Origin: an uncultured Draconibacterium sp.
GTDB lineage: Bacteria; Bacteroidota; Bacteroidia; Bacteroidales; Prolixibacteraceae
NCBI GenBank assembly: GCA_963668205.2
Contig: CAXXRZ010000005.1
Span: 27,106-91,105 of the forward strand
Reading direction: 5' to 3'
DNA: 64,000 bases
Below, piece by piece: positions 1 through 7,591 of this stretch (positions within the stretch are counted from its first letter, which is position 1; every line of letters starts with the position of its first letter). The notes beneath the pieces were generated by a model that ran no database searches, was not told where the DNA came from, and saw only the letters and a list, made by a program, of their open reading frames with translations. A program made the position numbers and the translations under genes.

Positions 1-1
1 G

Positions 2-421
2 AAAATTTACGGGACCAGGAAGAAGCAAATCAAAAATATCTCTAGCAAACAATTTGGAATTGGGTTTGCATTAACCGGCCTGTACAGCCAGAAAGGTTTG
101 ATTTACTTTCGCACCGTGCTGGAAAATTGTTCTGACATTCCATTTGAAATTGATTTTCTAACGTTCAAAATAGTAGACAAGAAAGTGGCCAAAAGAACAG
201 CCATTCAGGAGACGGTTGTAAAACCGATTCGTGCCTTTAATAACCTGACGACTCTTGATGGAAATTCTACTGAAGTAACTGTTTTTGTTTTTGAATCATT
301 TACGATCCCGGACAAAAAGGAGCTGGTAGTTGAGCTGTTTGAGAAGAATGGGGGAAGGCACCAGTGTTTTATTGTAAAGAATAAAGATCTGGTAAAAGCT
401 AAAAATGTTGGGAAAACATAA
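2..421 (+). CDS. traN: Conjugative transposon protein TraN (DUF4138 family), C-terminal part; the 5' end lies off-window
   Basis: The frame is open from base 2 to TAA 419-421, so the TTG at 98 in the ORF track is internal. The block IYFRTVLENCSDIPFEIDFLTFKIVDKKVAKRTAIQETVVKPIRAFN...ELFEKNGGRHQ matches my memory of the conserved C-terminal region of Bacteroides CTn TraN. Confidence 0.7.
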   Translation, partial: KIYGTRKKQIKNISSKQFGIGFALTGLYSQKGLIYFRTVLENCSDIPFEIDFLTFKIVDKKVAKRTAIQETVVKPIRAFNNLTTLDGNSTEVTVFVFESFTIPDKKELVVELFEKNGGRHQCFIVKNKDLVKAKNVGKT

Positions 422-441
422 GTCAGACATGGAACAATCGA

Positions 442-504
442 GTAGGTAGGGGGATTACTCCCCCGCCCTCTCACACCACCGTACGTACTCTCGTATACGG
501 CGGT
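442..504 (-). ncRNA. Group II intron ribozyme domains V and VI
   Basis: Minus strand, DV (475-504): ACCGCCGUA-UAC-GAGA-GUA-CG-UACGGUGGU. This is a 9-bp lower helix, a 2-nt bulge on the 3' strand, a GAGA tetraloop, and a CGC triad instead of AGC as in IIC introns. DVI: GGGGGA-GUAA-UCCCCC with a bulged A (base 447) 5 nt from the inferred 3' end AC (443-442). Confidence 0.8.
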
Positions 505-510
505 TTCAAA

Positions 511-1923
511 TTAATTTTGTAACAGAATGTATTTAAACGACATGTTAAACAACCCTAAATCTTCGAACCATTTTAGGTTCATTGCTTGATGAACTTGTGG
601 ACATCCTGATTTACGCCACCAACCTTTGCCCGAAAGGGCTAAAATCCAACTTTGCCAATTTGGTACTCCTAAACTCCTTAAGAAGCGTTTAAGTGTTATG
701 GCCCGTTTGCACTGTTTCAGGCGGTAGCACCGTAACTTACGGCGTATCCAAGCATCAAGGTTGCGCAAGAGATTCTTACATTTGGCGATGTGAAAATAAT
801 TAAACCAACCTCTAAGGACCGGTGCCAACTCCGAAACTACTTGTCCAAAGCTTACTCCCCTGTTTCTCTTGGTCAGTTCCCTTACTTTCTTCTTTAACCT
901 TTCCACGCTTTGATTTGCAATAGTTATAACTCCTGCATCAAGAATGGTATAGCCTAAAAACTTGGTCTCGCTACTTTTGCAAACCTGACTTTTCTGTTCA
1001 TTTACTTTTAATTTAAGTTTGTTTGTGAGATACGAACAGACCGACTCCTTCACCCTCTCGCCTGCTCTTTGGCTGCGAACAAATATGCTGAAATCGTCTG
1101 CGTACCGAACAAAGTAATGCCCTCGCTTTTCGAGTTCCTTATCTAATTCATCTAAAACAACATTAGATAAGAGTGGCGAAAGTGGGCTTCCTTGGGGTGT
1201 GCCTTTCAGGCGTTGGTGGACAAGCCCACCTATCATAACCCCACTCTGCAAATATTTGCGTATTAGCTTTAGAAGTGGCTTACAGCGAATAAGCTGTGAT
1301 AGACGATGCATCAACCTATCATGGTTGACTTCGTCAAAGAAGCTCTTCATATCCATATCAACAACTACGTTCCTTCCTTCCTTTACGTACGTGCTTGCTT
1401 GCTCAATTGCCTGCTTAGCATTACGCTTGGGACGAAAGCCATAGCTGTGATTTGAAAATACTTGTTCGTAAATGGGGGTTAATACCTGAGAAATTGCCTG
1501 TTGTATAATCCTATCCTTTACGGTTGGGATACCTAACTGGCGCACTCCTCCATTGGGCTTGGATATTCCTACTGCTTTTACCGCCGAGGGAAGGTATTCG
1601 CCCCGTAGTATCTGGTCTACCAACTCGTCGCCTTCTTTCGCAAACCAGTCTGCAAATTTACCCACGGGAATATTATCTACGCCCGCTACGCCCTTGTTCC
1701 TTTTCACTTGTTTGTAAGCCCTACTGATATTTTCAGACGAGCATACAATGCCGATTAATCCTTCTGTAAAGACTCGTCCCTGGTTCGTCTCTTTACCTAA
1801 TTGCCCCGCCAATGTTGTTTTCGCTCCGATTACGTCATTACGATTTCCAAATTGACCAATAGCCTCCTGTTTATGCTCTATGAACATATCACGCTGGTAA
1901 ACTATTTGTTGCTGGTGCCCCAT
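511..1923 (-). CDS. Group II intron-encoded reverse transcriptase/maturase, with no En/HNH domain
   Basis: RT motifs are present: NKGVAGVDN, GIPTVKDRIIQQA, GTPQGSPLSPLLSN and YADDFSIFV (the YADD catalytic box). The maturase X domain has LRGWFNYF. The C-terminus GKGWWRKSGCPQVHQAMNLKWFEDLGL is typical of En-minus IEPs. The true start may lie downstream of the listed ATG. Confidence 0.9.
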   Translation of the reverse strand: MGHQQQIVYQRDMFIEHKQEAIGQFGNRNDVIGAKTTLAGQLGKETNQGRVFTEGLIGIVCSSENISRAYKQVKRNKGVAGVDNIPVGKFADWFAKEGDELVDQILRGEYLPSAVKAVGISKPNGGVRQLGIPTVKDRIIQQAISQVLTPIYEQVFSNHSYGFRPKRNAKQAIEQASTYVKEGRNVVVDMDMKSFFDEVNHDRLMHRLSQLIRCKPLLKLIRKYLQSGVMIGGLVHQRLKGTPQGSPLSPLLSNVVLDELDKELEKRGHYFVRYADDFSIFVRSQRAGERVKESVCSYLTNKLKLKVNEQKSQVCKSSETKFLGYTILDAGVITIANQSVERLKKKVRELTKRNRGVSFGQVVSELAPVLRGWFNYFHIAKCKNLLRNLDAWIRRKLRCYRLKQCKRAITLKRFLRSLGVPNWQSWILALSGKGWWRKSGCPQVHQAMNLKWFEDLGLFNMSFKYILLQN

Positions 1924-2349
1924 AGATAAAAGTCTTGTCCGACTGCTTCTTTAATTAACTGATTCAGACCTTCTCCCCTTAAAAAAAAGGACACTATGTC
2001 TTCTGCTGACTTCTCAAAACCTTGCGCTGATTGTCTCCGCTCAGTTTGTTGTTTAATGCAACAGGTTCTGAGACCTCTCGGGATAAGATAACATACTTTC
2101 GTCACGTCCTACCTGATTTACCCTAAGTGTTTACGGTTGGCTTTGGGGCTTTCCCAATCCATGGCTCGGTTGCCCTTCACTATTGAGCCTTATATCAGGT
2201 TTCTGTTCGTTAGGACTATGACTTTGCTGATGGCTTCCTTCAGATTTGGGGTCGCCCCCAACACCCTTGCCAATTGCTAGTTCTTCCTGTCAACTGGGCG
2301 AACTCAAGAACGTTTCATCTTGATAGCACGTTACCATGCCCGACATACC

Positions 2350-2382
2350 AAAAAAGAGCAACTCAGCATTTTTGACGAGTTG
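2350..2382 (-). terminator. Terminator-like stem-loop plus U tract that forms the intron 5' exon (IIC homing-site motif)
   Basis: Minus strand: CAACTC-(12 nt loop)-GAGTTG-CTCTTTTTT-G, followed directly by the intron GTATG. The stem is only 6 bp, so this is a weak terminator mimic. Confidence 0.45.
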
Positions 2383-2388
2383 AACTTT

Positions 2389-3455
2389 ATGTTTTCGACA
2401 GATACAAAAACAAATAAAACAACGCCAAGTAAAAAATACAATTCAATTGAACTATTTGCAGGTGCTGGCGGATTAGCGGTTGGTCTTGAAGAAGCTGGAA
2501 TTAATTGTCTTGCGTTAAATGAAATTGACCATTGGGCATCTGAAACATTGCGAAAAACAGACCCGATTGGAATGTGATAGAAGACGACATTAAAAATGTT
2601 TCTTTTGCCGACTATAAAGGAAAAATTGATGTTGTTACTGGTGGGTTTCCGTGTCAAGCATTTAGTTACGCAGGTAAAAAATTGGGATTAAAAGATGCCC
2701 GTGGAACATTATTTTATGAATTTGCCCGAATTATTCAAGAAGTGATGCCTCCAATATGTGTTGGCGAGAATGTTAGAGGATTGCTAAATCACGATGGAGG
2801 AAAAACAATTGAAGGTATGATTTCTGTTTTAGATGAAATCGGCTATACGGTTATTCCGCCTAAAATTCTAAAAGCTATTTTTTACCACGTACCACAAAAA
2901 CGAGAAAGAATATTAATCGTAGGTATTAGAAAAGATATATCGCCCGAATTATTTGATTTTCCAAAACCAAGCAAAAAAATATATAATTTAAAAGATGCTT
3001 TAAAAAAAGGAGAACTTTATGATTGTGACGTACCTGAATCGAAAGGCTCACCATACCCACAAAGCAAAAAAGAAGTATTAGAACTTGTTCCTCCAGGTGG
3101 ATATTGGAGAGATTTACCTATTGATGTCCAAAAATCATATATGGGTAAAAGCTTTTATCTTGGCGGAGGAAAAACTGGAATGGCTCGCAGAATGAGTTGG
3201 AATGAACCGAGTTTAACATTAACGTGCAGTCCTGCACAAAAACAAACAGAAAGATGTCATCCCGATGAAACACGCCCATTTACAGTAAGAGAATACGCAA
3301 GAATACAAACGTTTCCTGACGATTGGAATTTTTCAGGTTCAGTTACCCAACAGTACAAACAAATTGGCAATGCCGTTCCTGTAAATTTGGCTAAAGAAAT
3401 CGGTTATTCAATCGTTTCATTCTTAAACAAGTATTATCAGGGATTTCGCTCTTAA
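2389..3455 (+). pseudogene. DNA (cytosine-5)-methyltransferase, frameshifted and C-terminally altered by an IS insertion
   Basis: C5-MTase motifs are present in order: I ELFAGAGG, IV GGFPCQAFS, VI ENVRGL, VIII QKRERI, IX TVREYARIQTFPDDW, X GNAVPV. Motif I is in one frame (stop 2575-2577) and the rest in another. Adding one A to the A5 run 2553-2557 restores ...SETLRKNRPDWNVIEDDIKNV. ATG 2389 is the likely start, because the TTG 2320 ORF start lies inside the intron. Confidence 0.85.
3428..3455. repeat. Left IS junction: 10-bp target duplication CAAGTATTAT (3428-3437) plus IR CAGGGATTTCGCTCTTAA (3438-3455)
   Basis: Read directly. The IR is the exact reverse complement of 4657-4674. Confidence 0.95.
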
Positions 3456-4674
3456 GGTCCAATTAATTTTTCCCTATAAGAATCAGAGAATGCCGCCCTT
3501 GCCCGTTTCATCGGCTTCGAAGCCTTGGTCGATTGTTCTTTTTCCAACATTGCCAGGGCTATTTTCGCGATAATGTTAAAATTGGCGGCACTGTTGCCGT
3601 TTTTTTTCAACCCGTTGTCTTCCTTGAATACGATGTCCAAGTTCCAGTGCAGGTTGTTTTCTATTGCCCAATGGGAGCGTATGTCTTTATTGAACTTTTC
3701 TGCTCCCTGTGCAGATGAGCTTATATAATACCTTTCGTAATTTTGGGCCTTCCCACTTTGTTTAAAACACCTTTCCGATTTTATGCGCACAACGGTTTGG
3801 AGCCCTGTCCACTCCTCTTTGCCGTCCAAAAACCGTAAATCCGTTATCGTTTCGCAAACCCGCGTTTCGATCCTGCCGTGCCCACAATCAACGTGGGCAT
3901 TGCTGTCGTTGGGGCGGGCAATGCGGAAAAGCTTTTTCACTTGTCCCATAAGCCCTGGTTGGTTTTCTTTTACCATCAATATGTAATCAGCGCCCTTGGA
4001 CGCTATTTTTTCTGCAATCTCTTTCTGGCAGCCCATGGCATCCGAAGTCACGGTGCAACCTTTTATTGACAAGAGTCCCAGCAATTTGGGGATTGCGGTT
4101 ATTTCGTTCGACTTTTCGTCCGTGGCGACCTGCCCTAGCGAAAGCCCGTTCTGGGTGGCATACGCAGAGACTATGTGCAGGGCTTTGTGCACGCCTCCTT
4201 TGCCAGAACCCCTTATCGTCTTCCCGTCGATGGGGACGGTTTCCCCTTCGGCAAGTTCGGAAACGCTGTTTGCCCACGATGCGAAGCATTCGTTGAACGC
4301 CCCGTTGTCGAGCCTTGCAAAAAGTTTCCCCAACACATCGTGGGACGGAGTGCCGTTTTCATAAGGGAAAAATTTTCGCAACCAAGGAAGTTTCTCCCCC
4401 CAAAATGTCTCTATGCCCAACCATGAACTCATCCCACTCAATACTGCCGAAATACACAAAAAAAGTATTTCGTCCAATGGGTAATAAAAATAACCTTTTG
4501 TTGTCCTGCGTGGGTCTTCCAAAACTTTAAACGATTCTGTAAATAGATTGTTTGTAGCCTCTACGGCTACGGGGCCCGTGTCTTTCATTTTTTTTTGAAG
4601 ACACCTTTTGCCTTTCTGGCTACTAATTTACTAAATCTTTGTACAAATACCGTTTTTTAAGAGCGAAATCCCTG
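3438..4674 (-). mobile_element. ISAs1-family insertion sequence (1237 bp)
   Basis: It has perfect 18-bp terminal inverted repeats, a single transposase ORF and a 10-bp direct target duplication. Confidence 0.9.
3452..4588 (-). CDS. ISAs1-family (H-repeat-associated type) DDE transposase
   Basis: The N-terminus EDPRRTTKGYFYYPLDEILFLCISAVLSGMSSW and the C-terminal region HWAIENNLHWNLDIVFKEDN are characteristic of ISAs1/H-repeat transposases, from memory. Confidence 0.85.
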   Translation of the reverse strand: MKDTGPVAVEATNNLFTESFKVLEDPRRTTKGYFYYPLDEILFLCISAVLSGMSSWLGIETFWGEKLPWLRKFFPYENGTPSHDVLGKLFARLDNGAFNECFASWANSVSELAEGETVPIDGKTIRGSGKGGVHKALHIVSAYATQNGLSLGQVATDEKSNEITAIPKLLGLLSIKGCTVTSDAMGCQKEIAEKIASKGADYILMVKENQPGLMGQVKKLFRIARPNDSNAHVDCGHGRIETRVCETITDLRFLDGKEEWTGLQTVVRIKSERCFKQSGKAQNYERYYISSSAQGAEKFNKDIRSHWAIENNLHWNLDIVFKEDNGLKKNGNSAANFNIIAKIALAMLEKEQSTKASKPMKRARAAFSDSYREKLIGP

Positions 4675-4684
4675 CAAGTATTAT
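4657..4684. repeat. Right IS junction: IR TTAAGAGCGAAATCCCTG (4657-4674) plus 10-bp target duplication CAAGTATTAT (4675-4684)
   Basis: Read directly. Confidence 0.95.
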
Positions 4685-4745
4685 AAAGAAATCTAATTTT
4701 AAGAATATTATAGCTACTTTTGAATTAAAACCATTCTCTAAGTTT

Positions 4746-5523
4746 ATGTTAACAAACAACGAAGCCAAAAGAATCATTCGTGAGACTGTCAAAACTAGCA
4801 TTATTTCATTTGCACACAGAGCATTAACCAAGAAAGCAAAATTTCAAATTCTTGATTTAATCATTCCAAAAGAAAGGAAGATTAGGTCAATAGTTGGCGG
4901 ATTGGAAACATCTCTTGGAACAACTTTATGGGAACCATTAGCGAAAGCTCTTGCAAAAGAGAATGGTTTTCAGGTAATCAATTAATATGCCATCAAACCT
5001 CAATAATACTTTGCAAACAATCATTGATGAGAGGAAAAGACGTAGTGGCGTTTACGATGCTGTTTCAAGTCACGAAGAAATCAAGCGAGTATGTCAGTCT
5101 TTTTTGACAAGACCAATCGAAGCATTTGAGCAAGCACCCAAAGGACGTGGCGTTGATATTTGGCTAAAAAAGGATGGAATAAATTACTTTTTTGACACAA
5201 AAACAGTTCAACCAAATTTATCTGCATTAGTGAGTTGCACAGAACAAGTTTTAAATTGGTATGCCTATTTCTATTCAAGATATCCCGACAAAAAAGCTGA
5301 ATCAAGAATTGTATTTCCTTATAATCCGCATAATGGAGACTTTTGGGATAAAACAATTGGAAAAGGATTGCCACTCGAACGAGATAATGAAGCGTGGGTT
5401 GAAAATCAATTTTGGAATTTCTGTTCGGGCTTAACCGACACATACGAACTGATTGTAGAAGCATTTACGGAATTGCGAGAAAGCAAAGAATTGGAAAACG
5501 ATTTAAACAAAATACTTAGCTAA
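4746..5523 (+). pseudogene. Type II restriction endonuclease (PD-(D/E)XK; TdeIII-like from memory), split into two frames
   Basis: There are two abutting ORFs, 4746-4985 and 4987-5523, in different frames. Both frames are open only across 4978-4982, so a 1-nt indel there would fuse them into about 257 aa. The second part has RGVDIW...YFFDTKT, i.e. a D...(D/E)XK nuclease core. The first part, IPKERKIRSIVGGLETSLGTTLWEPLA, resembles RE_TdeIII family N-termini. It sits about 50 nt downstream of the reconstructed MTase stop, on the same strand. Confidence 0.6.
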
Positions 5524-5681
5524 CGCACTACTGGTAACAACATGCAGATATAAAGCATTGGCGGCAACAATGGTTATTCAAGCTTTTGTTCCCGCATCAA
5601 AACTTATTTTACCTTGACAGTGCAGTATTGCAAGTTATAATAATCGAAGGCCGACCAAGGCCCGCAGGCATGAAATCACAG

Positions 5682-6497
5682 CTAAATTTCATTCATAAAC
5701 CCAACAACCATTTGGTTAAAAGCTCCTGCATTTTCAATAAATGGCGAGTGCCCCGCATTTTCAATCACAACTACCCCACCCCTCCATATCGGCAGCTTTA
5801 AATCGCGGATATACCCACAGTTTATCAAGCTGTCGTTTTCGCCGTGCAAAATGGCAACGGGGAACTTTGCTTTGCGTATTATCCCTGCCTCGTCGGTGGT
5901 CAAGTCCCTTGCTATCGACTGCCCTGCCATTGGGCGCACCAAAGGATCGCACTGGGCAAGGCTTTCATGCAACAAATTATGGCCGCTACAAGCCGGGCTG
6001 CAATATGCGCTTGCGAGCTGCGGGAGATCTTCCGCCGACAAATTGGCTCGATAAGCCAAGCCCATGACAGGGTTGGGCAAAAAGGCTTCGTTTATACGGG
6101 GAGGGATGGTCAGCGGCGGGGTGCCGCTAACAATAAGCCCCTTTATGTCGGCGCCCTCAATCTCATCGGCAACATGTATGGCAATATGTCCGCCAAGTGA
6201 ATGCCCCAGCAACACCACTTCTACAAGTCCCAAAGTTTTTATAAACCCCAAAACAAAATCGATATAGTTCCTTACCGAATAATCTTTTTCGGGTTGGGGG
6301 GAATGTCCGTTGCCTCCGTGGCCAGGCAACTCCAACGCCAACAAACGGTACGCATTAAGTCCCGGGCAATTAAACTGTTGGTAAAACAAACCTGCACTTA
6401 ACGAATTGCCATGTATAAAAATCAATGGAACCCCATCCCTTCCGTTGTCGAAATAACAGAATCCGTCATCCCCTAACGTAAATTTTTTTGTGTCCAT
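5682..6497 (-). CDS. Alpha/beta-fold hydrolase
   Basis: It has the HG oxyanion motif LIFIHGNS, the nucleophile elbow GHSLGG, and a C-terminal GHSPF. Confidence 0.8.
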   Translation of the reverse strand: MDTKKFTLGDDGFCYFDNGRDGVPLIFIHGNSLSAGLFYQQFNCPGLNAYRLLALELPGHGGNGHSPQPEKDYSVRNYIDFVLGFIKTLGLVEVVLLGHSLGGHIAIHVADEIEGADIKGLIVSGTPPLTIPPRINEAFLPNPVMGLAYRANLSAEDLPQLASAYCSPACSGHNLLHESLAQCDPLVRPMAGQSIARDLTTDEAGIIRKAKFPVAILHGENDSLINCGYIRDLKLPIWRGGVVVIENAGHSPFIENAGAFNQMVVGFMNEI

Positions 6498-6616
6498 GTG
6501 TTTTATGTGTTAAGATAATATTTAGCAAATATTCCTCCGACATATAAACCCTGCTAACCAAATATAAATTAAGAAAAACTTAAGATTTTTGCCTTTAAAT
6601 TTTTAAGCCTGCAATT

Positions 6617-6624
6617 TATCTTTG
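6617..6624 (+). promoter_or_regulatory. Bacteroidota sigma-A -7 box candidate (TATCTTTG)
   Basis: Matches TAnnTTTG, 55 nt upstream of the ATG at 6679. Confidence 0.35.
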
Positions 6625-6678
6625 CCTGTACCCCTAGGGTATTAACGTTTTTGCCTGTAATAAAAAATAAACTTCCCA

Positions 6679-7404
6679 ATGTATCAGGAGCAACACACCA
6701 TAAAAGAATATGAGGAAAACTTCCAGATGCAATTGTTGAACCTCGACCAACAGCACCGTAAAAACAAGTTCAACTTGGAGGACATTGCCGATTTTTTGCC
6801 CCTAGGCGTATTGCTCAACCACAAAAAAGGCAACAACGTGTTCATGAACAAGCTTACCTGCCAAGCTTTGAATTGCACCTTGGACGAAATCAAATCTTTG
6901 GGGGTGAAATATAGCTCGTCTATCCTTTTTAACGAGGACGAATTGCTGAGGGCAACGCCGCAGATTAATGCACTATACCAAAGCAACGACCAATCAAAGC
7001 TGCTACCAATGTACCAACGGATACGCCCGCTTGGCAGCAATTTTCATGAGTGGGTGTTCAACACCTCTAAACTATTTTTGCGCCATGGGGAGGACGTCCC
7101 TTGCCAACGCATCCTTACCGTCATCCCGGTAAGGCAAATGGGCAACATGTCCAACCAAATAAACCGAGTGCTGGACGAGAACAATTACATGAGGAAACAT
7201 TTTAAAAAATTTGCCCTTCTCACCAAGCGCGAGAAAGAAATCATAACCCTTGTCGCCAATGGCTCCGACAACCCGCTCATAGCCGAAAAACTTTTCATTT
7301 CGCGGCGCACGGTCGAGCAGCACCGCAAAAACATCAGGAGGAAACTGGGGTTCAAGCACATTTTCGAAATATTAAAATTTGCCGAGGCTTTTGAGTTGGT
7401 GTGA
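6679..7404 (+). CDS. LuxR-family transcriptional regulator (PAS-like N-terminus, LuxR-type HTH)
   Basis: The C-terminus LTKREKEIITLVANGSDNPLIAEKLFISRRTVEQHRKNIRRKLG is a canonical LuxR/FixJ HTH. Confidence 0.8.
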   Translation: MYQEQHTIKEYEENFQMQLLNLDQQHRKNKFNLEDIADFLPLGVLLNHKKGNNVFMNKLTCQALNCTLDEIKSLGVKYSSSILFNEDELLRATPQINALYQSNDQSKLLPMYQRIRPLGSNFHEWVFNTSKLFLRHGEDVPCQRILTVIPVRQMGNMSNQINRVLDENNYMRKHFKKFALLTKREKEIITLVANGSDNPLIAEKLFISRRTVEQHRKNIRRKLGFKHIFEILKFAEAFELV

Positions 7405-7518
7405 GGGCTTAATTATTGGATATCATAAATCCCTCTCACGGTTTCTTAAAATGTACCATATGCCACATTCCCCATAGGGCAATCTTTCTATAAAAAGGCA
7501 ACATTCCGTTTTATCCGC

Positions 7519-7559
7519 AAAAAAATGTTTGGGCAAGAACAAAATGGGAGTTTGCCCAA
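7519..7559 (-). terminator. Intrinsic terminator of the lipoprotein operon
   Basis: Minus strand: TTGGGCAA-(15 nt)-TTGCCCAA, a perfect 8-bp stem followed by ACATTTTTTT. It lies 33 nt after the stop of the 7592-8620 gene. Confidence 0.6.
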
Positions 7560-7591
7560 TCTGTATTAACTGGGCAACACATGGGCGAGGG

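Larger units (their letters stand above)
442..2348 (-). mobile_element. Class C (IIC) group II intron, about 1.9 kb, full length with an intron-encoded protein
   Basis: The RT/maturase ORF is flanked by ribozyme sequence. The 5' end reads GTATGTCGGGCATGG on the minus strand. Internal blocks GGCAAGGGTGTTGGGGGCGACCCCAAATCTGAAGGAAGC and GAGAAGTCAGCAGAAGACATAGTGTCC resemble, from memory, the Oceanobacillus iheyensis IIC intron. Domains V and VI lie 3' of the ORF, and the 3' end is ...CCUAC. Boundaries are good to a few nt. Confidence 0.85.

Noticed and set aside
511-1923. The reverse transcriptase as a retron, DGR or defence-associated (Abi/DRT) RT
   Set aside because: It has a maturase X domain (RGWFNYF). 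It is also embedded in recognisable group II ribozyme sequence, with domains V and VI immediately 3' and domain I-III blocks 5'. There is no msr/msd-like repeat and no template/variable repeat pair nearby.
2320-2388. TTG 2320 as the methyltransferase start (N-terminal extension MIARYHARHTKKEQ...)
   Set aside because: Bases 2320-2348 belong to the intron 5' end, and the rest overlaps the homing-site hairpin. The first in-frame ATG (2389) gives a normal distance to motif I.
2553-2557. The A5 run as a phase-variation switch for the methyltransferase
   Set aside because: Five residues is too short for efficient slipped-strand phase variation. A fixed frameshift or a sequencing error is more likely.
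3525-4530. Cluster of plus-strand ORFs of 60-120 aa (and one minus-strand ORF, 3987-4289)
   Set aside because: All lie inside the ISAs1 transposase gene, either antisense to it or in an alternative frame. They have low-complexity or Arg/Pro-rich translations and no family resemblance.
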